Assembly: GCA_040758355.1 (NCBI GenBank)
Contig: JBFLWF010000001.1
Span: forward strand, 1 to 64,000
Length of the DNA: 64,000 nt
Source of the DNA: Nitrospirota bacterium
GTDB lineage: Bacteria; Nitrospirota; Thermodesulfovibrionia; Thermodesulfovibrionales; Dissulfurispiraceae
Reading direction: 5' to 3'
Positions within the stretch are counted from its first letter, which is position 1. Every line of letters begins with the position of its first letter. Below the pieces are notes generated by a model. It did not search any database, was not told the DNA's origin, and worked only from the letters and a program-made list of their open reading frames with translations. This document shows, piece by piece, positions 32,859 to 42,385 of the stretch. The position numbers were made by a program, and so were the translations under genes.

Positions 32859-33275
32859 ATGAAGAAGATAGCTGTTATAGACGGGCAGGGCGGTGGCATA
32901 GGGAGCCTTATAATAAAGGGCTTGCGGGAAGAGTTCGGGGACAGCATAGAGATTATAGCCCTCGGAACAAACTCTACTGCCACAAGCTATATGATGAAGG
33001 CGCGGGCAAATAAAGGGGCTACAGGCGAAAATGCTATTATATGGAATGCAGGCAAGGTTGATACCATCACAGGCCCGTTGAGCATTGTTCTGGCAAATGG
33101 GATGCTCGGGGAGCTAACGCCAAGGATGTCCGAGGCAATAGCATCGTCGCCTGCAAAAAAATTTCTGATCCCATTGAACCAGGAAGGGGTAGAAGTAATA
33201 GGAATCATAAAGGAGCCGCTTCCGCACCTGATAGAAAAACTTATAGAACGTATTAAGGAGGATTTGTATGTGTGA
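32859..33275 (+). CDS. DUF3842 family protein
   Basis: IAVIDGQGGGIG, ALGTNSTAT, GATGENAI. Confidence 0.88.
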   Translation: MKKIAVIDGQGGGIGSLIIKGLREEFGDSIEIIALGTNSTATSYMMKARANKGATGENAIIWNAGKVDTITGPLSIVLANGMLGELTPRMSEAIASSPAKKFLIPLNQEGVEVIGIIKEPLPHLIEKLIERIKEDLYV

Positions 33276-33462
33276 GGCAAATGCATATATTTATAAAGAC
33301 GGCAAGGAGGATCTCTACCTCGAAAATGTCGATGTCCTGATCCCCGAAGGCAGCAAGATATATCTCAGAAACCTCTTTGGTGAGCAAAAAACATTTGAGG
33401 GTTATATCAAAGAAATATCCCTTCTCAGGCATAAGATAGTTCTGGAAGAAGCAAAAGACTGA
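33268..33462 (+). CDS. CooT-family nickel-binding protein
   Basis: MCEANAY start, LRNLFGEQK, HKIVL. Confidence 0.8.
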   Translation: MCEANAYIYKDGKEDLYLENVDVLIPEGSKIYLRNLFGEQKTFEGYIKEISLLRHKIVLEEAKD

Positions 33463-34311
33463 ATGACTTCTATTTGGAGGTTTATAGATTCAGGGGCGTT
33501 CGATGCCGCATACAACATGGCACTCGATGAGGCTATTGCAATCTCTGTAAGAAACGGAGAAGCGCCTCCAACCCTTAGATTATATGGATGGGAGGCTCCC
33601 TCGGTAAGCCTCGGTTCTTTCCAAAAGATAGTCGACATTGATATTGAATACTGCATAAACAATAACATTCCTGTTGTCAGAAGGCCAACCGGAGGCAGGG
33701 GAATCCTTCATGGAGATGAGCTTACATACAGCTTTTCTGCAAGGAATGAAGGAGATTTTTCAGGCGGTCTTTTAGAAACCTATCGTAGATTGAGCATTGC
33801 ATTTCAATCAGCACTGCATCAAATGGGCTTGAATGCGGCAATGAAAATGGAAAGGGAATCAGGAACGAATCTTACGAGGAACCCCCTCTGTTTTAAATCC
33901 ACATCATATGGTGAGATAAGCCTTGACGGAAGAAAGCTCATAGGCTCGGCGCAGAAGAGATGGAACGACGGATTTCTGCAGCAGGGATCGATACCCTATT
34001 CCATAGATTACGAGAAAATCACTTCGGTTTTTAAAACCAGCACTCCAACACTCCAATACTCCAAGCAGGAAATTATTGGGCTTAAGGAATTAATTGCAGG
34101 TTTCGATTCCGGAGGTTTTAAGGAAGCGATCAAATCATCTTTTGAAAAGACCTTCAGTATTACCCTTGCTGACTCTCATCCGTCTCCTCAGGAGCAGGAG
34201 CTTGCCCTTCTTCTATTATCCGAGAAGTACCAGAATCCTCAATGGACTCAGGGGACAGCAAAGAATATCCGGTCTTGTAATAATAGTGAAATATCGAGGA
34301 AAGCATTATAA
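33463..34311 (+). CDS. Lipoate-protein ligase / octanoyltransferase family protein
   Basis: NMALDEA, PTLRLYGW, RRPTGGRGILH, KLIGSAQ. Confidence 0.9.
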   Translation: MTSIWRFIDSGAFDAAYNMALDEAIAISVRNGEAPPTLRLYGWEAPSVSLGSFQKIVDIDIEYCINNNIPVVRRPTGGRGILHGDELTYSFSARNEGDFSGGLLETYRRLSIAFQSALHQMGLNAAMKMERESGTNLTRNPLCFKSTSYGEISLDGRKLIGSAQKRWNDGFLQQGSIPYSIDYEKITSVFKTSTPTLQYSKQEIIGLKELIAGFDSGGFKEAIKSSFEKTFSITLADSHPSPQEQELALLLLSEKYQNPQWTQGTAKNIRSCNNSEISRKAL

Positions 34312-35167
34312 GGCTCACATAACCCTGTATGACATACGTGATGAGCTGATACGGCAGTGATAGTATAGGACCGATTATCGGTATCAATGTGAACGGCGAG
34401 CCAATTAGAATAACTAAAAATCCCACCATCATATATCCAAGCAGCAGAACAACGTAAAAGCCTATTGAAGAAGGCCTGGAATAAATGTACTTCGCAGTTT
34501 CCTTTATTGTTTCCCATGCCATTGATCTATGAAATGCCAGATGGGCGATTCCGTATGTGGTTATTGAAAGCGTGACTATTATCAAAAATACGCCTACAGA
34601 AAGAATTACCAGGGAAAAGAACACGCCGAGGAACAGGGCAAGTGTTGCCTCCCTGCTCTTTGCCATTTCAATGATTGTTGATGCACCGCCGCCGAGAAGT
34701 CCGAGCATGAAAGCGAGGGTTATGAATGCAATACCGATTATGGTTGAAAAGAAAAATACAGGGAAGAAGAAATTCCTGCCTTCTGCAAAAAATGCCTTAA
34801 GGTTAAATCTATAGGCTGCATCTATAATATTATTTTTTAAAACACCTATTGTCCCGCTGATGGTGAATATCCATAAAACAATAATGAATGCGAGGTATAT
34901 GAGAAGGCTCAGTATTACCACTATCGCCATGGCAAAATATTTACTTAACAGTTCTGCAGACCCTTTGAATGCGCTCACCAGATCCTTGAGCCTCAGGATT
35001 TCTGTGAGGTCGAGTCCGAACATGATAAATGCGATGGCAATGGGTATCCCAACGATGGTGAAAAAACCTATACAGCTCAGGAGCATGGATGCAAACTGGA
35101 TGAGTATCAACTGCCAGTTTTTATGGACAGTGCGTATGCCTTCTTTTATGGTAGAGAGGTAAGACAT
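34160..35167 (-). CDS. Multi-pass membrane protein of unknown function
   Basis: 335 aa with about 6 TM segments; continues the lpx operon. Confidence 0.75.
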   Translation of the reverse strand: MSYLSTIKEGIRTVHKNWQLILIQFASMLLSCIGFFTIVGIPIAIAFIMFGLDLTEILRLKDLVSAFKGSAELLSKYFAMAIVVILSLLIYLAFIIVLWIFTISGTIGVLKNNIIDAAYRFNLKAFFAEGRNFFFPVFFFSTIIGIAFITLAFMLGLLGGGASTIIEMAKSREATLALFLGVFFSLVILSVGVFLIIVTLSITTYGIAHLAFHRSMAWETIKETAKYIYSRPSSIGFYVVLLLGYMMVGFLVILIGSPFTLIPIIGPILSLPYQLITYVIQGYVSLIMLSSIFHYYYKTGYSLLSPESIEDSGTSRIIEEGQAPAPEETDESQQG

Positions 35168-35170
35168 TTA

Positions 35171-36013
35171 TCAATGTTTGGCGTGAGGGATCTTCTTTGC
35201 GATTTTTTCATGGGAGATTCCCACGATCGAAATCCCTGACTCTTCCGCTTCTTTAATCAGCCGTTCCCTGTTCACGATCATGCTCCTCTGCGCTTCAACT
35301 GCAATGACCCTGGCCCTTACTTCAACCATGGACTTAAGGGTGTCGAGCCCTATAACAGGAACATCAAGCCTCATGTCCTGGTGCGGTTTGGAGACCTTAA
35401 TCACTACAGCCCCTTCTCCCGAGAGTTTTCCTCCCCTGAGTATTGCCTCATCAGTTCCCTCTATTGCCTCCACTGCCATCACAGCCTGTCCTTTCACAAC
35501 AACAGTCTGACCGATATCCAGCCTGCCTATTTCCTTTGCTATCCTCCAGCCGAACTCTATGTCCTTCCATTCGTCCATTGCTGGAGGGTCGTCTGTCAGC
35601 ACACCCTCAGGCGTGAGGAGGTGAGGGCTGAAGGTCGGAGTGTCTATTACATGGATGCCCTCTTTTTCGAGCTCCTTTGTTATTGCATTGAGTATGGAAT
35701 CGTCGCTTTTGTCCTTGAGGGAAAAGAGCAGTTTCACTGCCCTCAGGTCAGGTGTGAGCTTCGATTTGTAGAGAAGGGTTTTTGAGACCTTCCCTGCCAT
35801 AATTGCCTCTTTTACATCAAATTCCTTCAGGGTGTCTATCAATTCGCCCAATTTCCCCACATTAATCCATTTTATTTCATCGGATACCCTGTTGAGGTCA
35901 GGTGAAGCAAGATTTTCGAGGGCTATGGTAATGACCTTAAAACCGCGCTCCCTCGCATCCCTGGCTATTATCTTAGGGAGATCTCCTGTTCCAGCAATAA
36001 TGCCTATCTGCAT
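35171..36013 (-). CDS. lpxI: UDP-2,3-diacylglucosamine diphosphatase LpxI
   Basis: GIIAGTG.LP, DIGQTVVV, AVEAIEGTD, QDMRLDVP; follows lpxA. Confidence 0.92.
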   Translation of the reverse strand: MQIGIIAGTGDLPKIIARDARERGFKVITIALENLASPDLNRVSDEIKWINVGKLGELIDTLKEFDVKEAIMAGKVSKTLLYKSKLTPDLRAVKLLFSLKDKSDDSILNAITKELEKEGIHVIDTPTFSPHLLTPEGVLTDDPPAMDEWKDIEFGWRIAKEIGRLDIGQTVVVKGQAVMAVEAIEGTDEAILRGGKLSGEGAVVIKVSKPHQDMRLDVPVIGLDTLKSMVEVRARVIAVEAQRSMIVNRERLIKEAEESGISIVGISHEKIAKKIPHAKH

Positions 36014-36783
36014 ATTCCCCGTTTATTTTTTTCTATGAATTCCAGCAGATGTTTTATTTCAGGGGTTTCAGGCAGCTCCGATTTTATCTTCTTCAATGCC
36101 TCTTTCAATGTCCGCTTTTCCCTGAAGAGGATTTTATATGCCTTTTTGAGGGTATTGATGGCCTCATCAGAGAAGCCGTGCCTTTTAAGACCTATTGCAT
36201 TCAGTCCGTACAATTTTGCCCTGGCTCCAGATGCCATGGTATACGGAGGTATGTCCTGCCCTATACCGCTGAAGCCTCCTACCATGGAATATGCGCCTAT
36301 ACGTGTATACTGATGAACAGCCACAAGCCCGCCTATTACTGCATAATCCTCTACATGAACATGACCTGCAAGAGTGGCTGCATTTGCCATAACCGTAGAA
36401 TTGCCGATCTTGCAATCATGGGCTATATGCACATATGCCATAAGGAAATTCGAATCTCCTACTTCTGTAAGTCCATCTCCACCAACAGATGCCCTGTGAA
36501 TCGATGAATATTCCCTGATGATATTCTTCTTCCCGATCTTTACCCCGGTCTTTTCGTTTTTGTATTTGAGGTCCTGAGGAGGAACCCCGATAGTCGCAAA
36601 AGGATGAATTATGCAACCCTCTCCTATTTCCGTACTCCCTTCGACAACTGCATTGGAAATGAGCCTTGTCCCACTTTTTATTACAACCCCTTCGCCTACC
36701 GTACAAAAAGGGCCTATATGAACATCTTCATCGATATCTGCCTTTGAACTCACAATTGCCGTTTTGTGTATATCCTTTGACAT
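36004..36783 (-). CDS. lpxA: UDP-N-acetylglucosamine O-acyltransferase
   Basis: Hexapeptide repeats, PQDLKY, HIAHDC, LAGHV. Confidence 0.96.
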   Translation of the reverse strand: MSKDIHKTAIVSSKADIDEDVHIGPFCTVGEGVVIKSGTRLISNAVVEGSTEIGEGCIIHPFATIGVPPQDLKYKNEKTGVKIGKKNIIREYSSIHRASVGGDGLTEVGDSNFLMAYVHIAHDCKIGNSTVMANAATLAGHVHVEDYAVIGGLVAVHQYTRIGAYSMVGGFSGIGQDIPPYTMASGARAKLYGLNAIGLKRHGFSDEAINTLKKAYKILFREKRTLKEALKKIKSELPETPEIKHLLEFIEKNKRGICR

Positions 36784-36799
36784 TAATCCTCCTATCTCT

Positions 36800-37222
36800 C
36801 TATGCGGCAACCATGGCGGTGAATTCAGCCTCTGATTTTAACTGGTCGCCGGCAAAGGCATTGCCGGAAAACTTCCATACATTACCTCTTTTGTGAATAA
36901 CCTGTACCTCCAACCTGAGCTGATCGCCAGGAACTACAGGCTTCCTGAACTTTACCTTTTCGATGCTCATAAAATAGACGTTTTTTCCTTCTGCTCCGGA
37001 TTTAAATGCCATAATTCCTGCTACCTGAGCCAGCGCCTCTACAATTAACACTCCTGGCATTACAGGATTATTCGGGAAGTGTCCCTGAAAAAAGGGCTCG
37101 TTAATAGTCACATTCTTGATCCCTACTGCCCTGACTTCGGGTTCAAACTCCACGACCCTGTCAACAAGCAAAAAAGGGTATCTGTGAGGAAGTACGGAAA
37201 ATATTTCTTTAATGTCTACCAT
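36800..37222 (-). CDS. fabZ: 3-hydroxyacyl-ACP dehydratase
   Basis: [30 protein letters not shown]. Confidence 0.97.
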   Translation of the reverse strand: MVDIKEIFSVLPHRYPFLLVDRVVEFEPEVRAVGIKNVTINEPFFQGHFPNNPVMPGVLIVEALAQVAGIMAFKSGAEGKNVYFMSIEKVKFRKPVVPGDQLRLEVQVIHKRGNVWKFSGNAFAGDQLKSEAEFTAMVAA

Positions 37223-37242
37223 TTTCCCTCCATTAAAAGTTT

Positions 37243-37329
37243 ATGAGGAAATGGGTAAATGAGTTTATGAGTAAAAACATTTCACTTATATACCCTTTTG
37301 CTCATTCACTCATCTACTCACTTACCCAT
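37243..37329. repeat. Inverted arrays of 8-bp ATG(A/G)GTNN repeats
   Basis: Four units at 37243-37274 and four reverse-complement units at 37298-37329. Confidence 0.8.
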
Positions 37330-37332
37330 TAG

Positions 37333-38331
37333 CTACTTAATTTTTTCTTCGAGTTCTTTTATCTTTTTATGTAATTCAGGCAGCTTCGCAAATACTGCCA
37401 TTGCTTTTAACCACTCCCTGTGCGGCATTGGCAGTATCCCTGAATATGCGTTCCTCTTCATTTCTCCCATGGCGCCGCCTTTTGCCCCTATCATTGTGCC
37501 GGCTTCTACGGTGGTATGGTCAGCAACGCCAACCTGACCGCCGAGTATCACCCCATCTCCTATCTTAGAGCTTCCGGCTATTCCCACTTGAGCTACTAAT
37601 ATAACATTTTTACCGACAGTTACGTTATGACCTATCTGTACGAGGTTATCTATTTTTGTTCCTTTGCTAATGACGGTATTGCCGGTTGTTGCCCTGTCGA
37701 TTGTCACATTGGCGCCGATCTCAACATCATCTTCTATTATAACACCGCCGACCTGCGGTATTTTCTGGTGCATGCCCTCTTCAAAGACATATCCAAAGCC
37801 GTCTGAGCCGATGACAGCATTTGCATGAATGATGACCCTGCTGCCTATGGCAACACCTTCCCTGATTGCCACATTCGGGTATATCAGGCATTTCTCTCCA
37901 ACACTGCTGTTCTCGCCGATAAATGCACCGGGATAAATGACTGTTCCAGAGCCTATATTTACACCATCAGATATATATGCAAATGGATAGATCGTGACAT
38001 CCTGCCCCATAATGGCAGTGTCGGATACAAAGGCATTTTTGCTGATACCCGAGCATGGATGAGGCTTTACGTAAAATCGGGATAAAAGTTGTGCGAATGC
38101 ATAATGAGGATTTTTTGCAATTATCTGCGGTATTTCCAAACCTGCGACAGGTCTTTTTACTATGACCGCTGACGCTCTGCTGCTTTTAAGCTCATTCAAA
38201 AGTTTTGTGCCGGATAGAAATGTAATGTCTCCCTCTTTTGCATCGGAAATACCGGCAGCACCTGCTATCTCAACATCCTCGCCTCCAATAATTTCTCCAC
38301 CGATTAAATCTGCGATTTCTTTAAGCTTCAT
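37333..38331 (-). CDS. lpxD: UDP-3-O-acyl-glucosamine N-acyltransferase
   Basis: IGSDGFGY, KIPQVG, TIDRAT, KIDNLVQIGHN. Confidence 0.96.
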   Translation of the reverse strand: MKLKEIADLIGGEIIGGEDVEIAGAAGISDAKEGDITFLSGTKLLNELKSSRASAVIVKRPVAGLEIPQIIAKNPHYAFAQLLSRFYVKPHPCSGISKNAFVSDTAIMGQDVTIYPFAYISDGVNIGSGTVIYPGAFIGENSSVGEKCLIYPNVAIREGVAIGSRVIIHANAVIGSDGFGYVFEEGMHQKIPQVGGVIIEDDVEIGANVTIDRATTGNTVISKGTKIDNLVQIGHNVTVGKNVILVAQVGIAGSSKIGDGVILGGQVGVADHTTVEAGTMIGAKGGAMGEMKRNAYSGILPMPHREWLKAMAVFAKLPELHKKIKELEEKIK

Positions 38332-38336
38332 TTCAT

Positions 38337-38876
38337 CTATTTCTTGCCTGCCTTTGACTCGTTATACCTCTTTATCACCTTGTCCGTAAGGTCGAGGGAT
38401 TTGTTTGCGTACAGTACAAGGCCTTCAGCATGCTCCAGTATTAAGGTGTATCCCTCCTCCTGGGCGATCTTGTTGATCATTTCCCTTAAATCCTTAAGTA
38501 TCTCCCCTGTTAATTCTCCCTCCTTTTTTTTGACCTCTGCCTGGGAATCAGCCACTATTCTCTGGTAATCCCTGATAAGGCGCTCCAATTCCTCTTCCTT
38601 TGCCTTCTTTGCCTCGGGAGATATGATGGCTGCCTGTTTTTCAAACTCTGTCCTCAGCTTTTCGATATTCTTCCCCTTTTCTTCTATAGATGCCTGTTTG
38701 GACTTTATCAATGACTCGAGATCGGTCTTTGCCCTTTTGCCTGACTCTGACTCATTTAGTGCCTTCAGAAGGTCAACAATGCCGATCTTGAGCGTCTCTG
38801 CATCGGATGTCTTTGGAATCATGCCTGCTGCAAGCAGGCAAAGCCCCACGAGTATAACAACCAGAAATTTTTTCAT
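38337..38876 (-). CDS. skp: OmpH/Skp periplasmic chaperone
   Basis: Signal peptide, KIGIVD, coiled coil, DLTDKVI; located after bamA. Confidence 0.9.
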   Translation of the reverse strand: MKKFLVVILVGLCLLAAGMIPKTSDAETLKIGIVDLLKALNESESGKRAKTDLESLIKSKQASIEEKGKNIEKLRTEFEKQAAIISPEAKKAKEEELERLIRDYQRIVADSQAEVKKKEGELTGEILKDLREMINKIAQEEGYTLILEHAEGLVLYANKSLDLTDKVIKRYNESKAGKK

Positions 38877-38898
38877 TTTATCCTCCATTTTTTAGTTA

Positions 38899-38972
38899 AT
38901 GAGTAAATGAGTGAATAAGTGAATGAGTTAAAAACCTCATCTACCCATCTACTCATTTACCCATTCACTCAT
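38899..38972. repeat. Inverted arrays of 8-bp ATG(A/G)GTNN repeats
   Basis: ATGAGTAA ATGAGTGA ATAAGTGA ATGAGTTA followed by CTACCCAT CTACTCAT TTACCCAT TCACTCAT. Confidence 0.8.
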
Positions 38973-38981
38973 TTACCGTCT

Positions 38982-41237
38982 CTAAAAGAATGAACCGAAT
39001 GTAAATTCCACCTTACTTGCTGATTCCCCCGCCCTTTTATCCAGATTATAACCCCACTCTATCCTGATAGGCCCCATTGGTGATATCCACCGTATGCCCG
39101 CACCTGTGGTATATCTGAGATCGCTGCCCAATGCCTCGCCTTTATCGTATGCCCTACCTGCGTCGAAAAATACGAGACCTTTGAACTTTAATTCCGACAC
39201 AATCGGAAATATGTACTCTGCGTTGAATACCAATTGCTTTTCTCCACCTATTGCCTCTCCATTTGGGTCTTTTGGACCTGCATCGCCGTATCCGAGACCG
39301 CGGACAGTGTAGATGCCGCCGACATAATATCTCTCATAAAGTGGAAGTTTTTTGCCGAACAAAGCACTTGCATACCCTGCCCTTCCACGCAGGTGCACGG
39401 TAGTCACATCGAATACAGGAAAGTACCAGCCAGAATCCAGAAGCCCTTTGAGGAAGGCGTTTGTTCCGCCTAAACCGGCAAAGGTTAGGGATGCTGCATT
39501 TTTTGAGCCGCTCAATGGGTCGAGATGATTATCCCTTGTGTCCCTTCCAACAGATGTAGTTATGCTGCTCGTTGATTGTGTGCCTTCCTGATCTTTTATT
39601 GTTGTGGATGCATCGGGCCTTACATTAAATATCTTTGTCTTTTCATAGTTGTAGGATACGGATGCGCCCCAGTATTCCCAGAAACTCTTTCCGAAAGATA
39701 CCTCAAAACCCGTAGAGTTTCTCTCGAAGTTACCGTACTTTCTCGATGTCTTATAGATGCTTGTGCCAAAGGATATGGGCTTGTCCATGAACCACGGGTC
39801 TCTGAAAGAGAGTTCATAAAAAGAACTCCTGCCGCCGAGCTCTCCACGGAGCTTTATATACTGCCCTTTACCGAACAGGTTGCCCTGTGTTATGTCCACC
39901 ATTGCCACGAACTTATCTATGGAACTGTAACCGCCACCCACGCTTAAAAATCCTGTGGGTTTATCTTTTACCTTTACATCGAGGTCAACGAGTTTTTCCT
40001 CTGGTCTTGGTTTCGGTGAAATTTCAACTGCCTCAAAAAACTGGAGGTTATTAAGTCTTTCATAACTTCTCTTCAGGGCAGAGGCATTAAATGTATCGCC
40101 CTCATCGAGTCTTATCTCTCTCCGTATTACCTTATCCCGTGTCTTTGTATTGCCTGATATTTCTATCTTTCCTATCTTATATTTATCGCCTTCATCAATT
40201 CTGTAAACCACCCTTGTCTCTTTTGTTTCTTCGTTTGGTATGAGGTCTGGGCTAATGACAACAAGGGCATATCCGTTATTTGAGTACTGGTCTGTAATTG
40301 CAGATACATCTTTACGTAATATTTCTTTATTGAAGATAGTCTTTGGAGAAAGTTTTATCAGCTTCCGCAATTCTTCTTCAGAAAATGCCTTGTTGCCTGA
40401 AAGCTCTACAGATGAGACCCTGAACTGTTCTCCCTCGGCAACCTGTATTGTAATCCTCATTCCTTCCTTATCGGCTGTAAGCTGGATCTTCGGTTCTCCG
40501 ACGGTAACCTTTATATATCCATTGTTGTAATAAAGGTCTTTAATTCTTTCCAGATCAGCCTTCATTTCATCTTTTTTATAATATCCTCCGCCTAAAATAA
40601 ATGAGAACAAACCCCTTTCGCTTGTCTTCATCGCACCTTTGATCTTGCCGGCAGAGAGTGCTTTATTGCCTTCTATTTTTATCTCCTTTATCTTTACCTT
40701 TTCGCCTTCCTCTATCTGATATGTTACTGCAACTTCCCCCTCCTCTGCTTTTTTTACAACAGGAACTACCTTGGCAAGATAGTATCCCTCATCTTCGTAA
40801 AATTTCTTCAGTTTTACTGCATTGTCATTAATCAGGGTTACATCCGATATCGCACCCGGAGTTAATGCGATCTTGTCTTTCAAATCCTCATCTTTGTATT
40901 TTTTGTTTCCCTGAAACTCCACCTTTACGATGGTCGGTTTTTCTTTAACAACGAAGATAACCTTTATCCCCCCTTCGAAGGGTTCTATCTCAACCTTCAC
41001 GTCATCGAAATAACCCATTTTATATATGGTCTTTATGTCCTCCGTGGTCTTTTCCTGGGACAGGGGCTCTCCGATTTTCTGTGACACCTTTGCCTTGATG
41101 GAACCTTCCTCGATGCGTTTAAGCCCTTTTACTCCGATGGCTGTTACGATTGGAAGCTCTTCAGCAAAGGATTTGCCGATTATCAGTGCAGTCAGTAATA
41201 ATATTACAACCGGGACTACTCCATTCCTCTTCTTCAT
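38982..41237 (-). CDS. bamA: Outer membrane protein assembly factor BamA
   Basis: POTRA repeats, GNTKTRDKVIRRE, VRG motif, SPMGPIR, C-terminal Phe. Confidence 0.96.
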   Translation of the reverse strand: MKKRNGVVPVVILLLTALIIGKSFAEELPIVTAIGVKGLKRIEEGSIKAKVSQKIGEPLSQEKTTEDIKTIYKMGYFDDVKVEIEPFEGGIKVIFVVKEKPTIVKVEFQGNKKYKDEDLKDKIALTPGAISDVTLINDNAVKLKKFYEDEGYYLAKVVPVVKKAEEGEVAVTYQIEEGEKVKIKEIKIEGNKALSAGKIKGAMKTSERGLFSFILGGGYYKKDEMKADLERIKDLYYNNGYIKVTVGEPKIQLTADKEGMRITIQVAEGEQFRVSSVELSGNKAFSEEELRKLIKLSPKTIFNKEILRKDVSAITDQYSNNGYALVVISPDLIPNEETKETRVVYRIDEGDKYKIGKIEISGNTKTRDKVIRREIRLDEGDTFNASALKRSYERLNNLQFFEAVEISPKPRPEEKLVDLDVKVKDKPTGFLSVGGGYSSIDKFVAMVDITQGNLFGKGQYIKLRGELGGRSSFYELSFRDPWFMDKPISFGTSIYKTSRKYGNFERNSTGFEVSFGKSFWEYWGASVSYNYEKTKIFNVRPDASTTIKDQEGTQSTSSITTSVGRDTRDNHLDPLSGSKNAASLTFAGLGGTNAFLKGLLDSGWYFPVFDVTTVHLRGRAGYASALFGKKLPLYERYYVGGIYTVRGLGYGDAGPKDPNGEAIGGEKQLVFNAEYIFPIVSELKFKGLVFFDAGRAYDKGEALGSDLRYTTGAGIRWISPMGPIRIEWGYNLDKRAGESASKVEFTFGSFF

Positions 41238-41448
41238 ATATCCTCCACCTTGGAAAAAACTTTCTTGAGGAATCTTTTTATCTTTTAAAAAGCGCTGAAA
41301 ACAACCGTTCTAATTAAATTGAAGGTTAGTATAACACAATTTATACCAAAAAAAATCCACAAAATATGCTCTATGACCCTCCAGTCTGGTATAATAAATA
41401 GATTCCCAAAAATTCCCCGGAAAATTCTTTTGGCAAGAGGAGAAGATA

Positions 41449-42384
41449 ATGGCAAAAAACTATGCCATCGGCGTAGACATTGGCGGTACCAATATAAGGG
41501 CTGCATTGATTAACAGCAGCGGCGAGGTGGAATCGAAGGCAAAGGAATCAACCGGCAGCAAACCCGTTGCGGGTATTCATAAGCTTATAGATTCCATGTA
41601 TTCAAGGCATGCAAAACAGGTATGCGGCATAGGGATTGCCGTTGCAGGAATAATCGACAGGGATGCTGGCACTGTCTTGAGGTCGCCTAACATTTCAGGA
41701 CTTACTGGTGTGAATCTGGAATCAGAGATCAAAAGCCGATATAAGACCTGTGTTGTTATGGAAAATGATGCCAATGCTGCTGCCTATGGAGAAAAGTGCG
41801 CAGGGGCTGGAAGGGATTTCAAAGACTTTGTAATCCTCACGCTGGGCACCGGTATCGGCGGCGGCATAGTAATGAACAATAAATTGCTGCCTGTGGCAGC
41901 AGAAGCGGGGCACATGAGCATCAAAGCCGATGGGCAGCCGTGTGCCTGCGGCAACGTGGGATGCCTTGAATCCTATGCATCGGCAAGCGCTATTATAGGG
42001 AATGCCGTATCCGAAATAGAAAAAGGAAGCAGCAGTATCTTAAAAAGCATGTACAATGGAAATTTTTATAAAATCAATGCCGAAGATATCTATAAAGCCG
42101 CCCTTGAGGGAGATCCACTGTCAAGGACAGTCCTGAGGGAGGCTGGAAAGAGCCTCGGCATAGGCCTTGCCAATCTGGTAAACATATTAAGCCCAGATGC
42201 AATTATTCTTACAGGAGGACTTTTAGGTGCATGGAACATCTATGTTGAAGCAGCAATACAGGAGGCTTCAAAAAGGGCATTGAAAGAACTTTACAACAAG
42301 GTAAAAATAATTCCTTCATCTTTAGGGGACAACGCAGGCATTATTGGTGCGGCTAAACTTGTTTTTGAGGAGTGCAGGATTTAA
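41449..42384 (+). CDS. ROK-family sugar kinase (glucokinase-like)
   Basis: [39 protein letters not shown]. Confidence 0.92.
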   Translation: MAKNYAIGVDIGGTNIRAALINSSGEVESKAKESTGSKPVAGIHKLIDSMYSRHAKQVCGIGIAVAGIIDRDAGTVLRSPNISGLTGVNLESEIKSRYKTCVVMENDANAAAYGEKCAGAGRDFKDFVILTLGTGIGGGIVMNNKLLPVAAEAGHMSIKADGQPCACGNVGCLESYASASAIIGNAVSEIEKGSSSILKSMYNGNFYKINAEDIYKAALEGDPLSRTVLREAGKSLGIGLANLVNILSPDAIILTGGLLGAWNIYVEAAIQEASKRALKELYNKVKIIPSSLGDNAGIIGAAKLVFEECRI

Positions 42385-42385
42385 T

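Noticed and set aside
33268..33462. CooT as evidence for a CO dehydrogenase cluster
   Set aside because: No cooS, cooC or acs genes are in the window.
37243..38972. Repeat arrays as a possible CRISPR
   Set aside because: The units are 8 bp with no unique spacers, and no cas genes are present.
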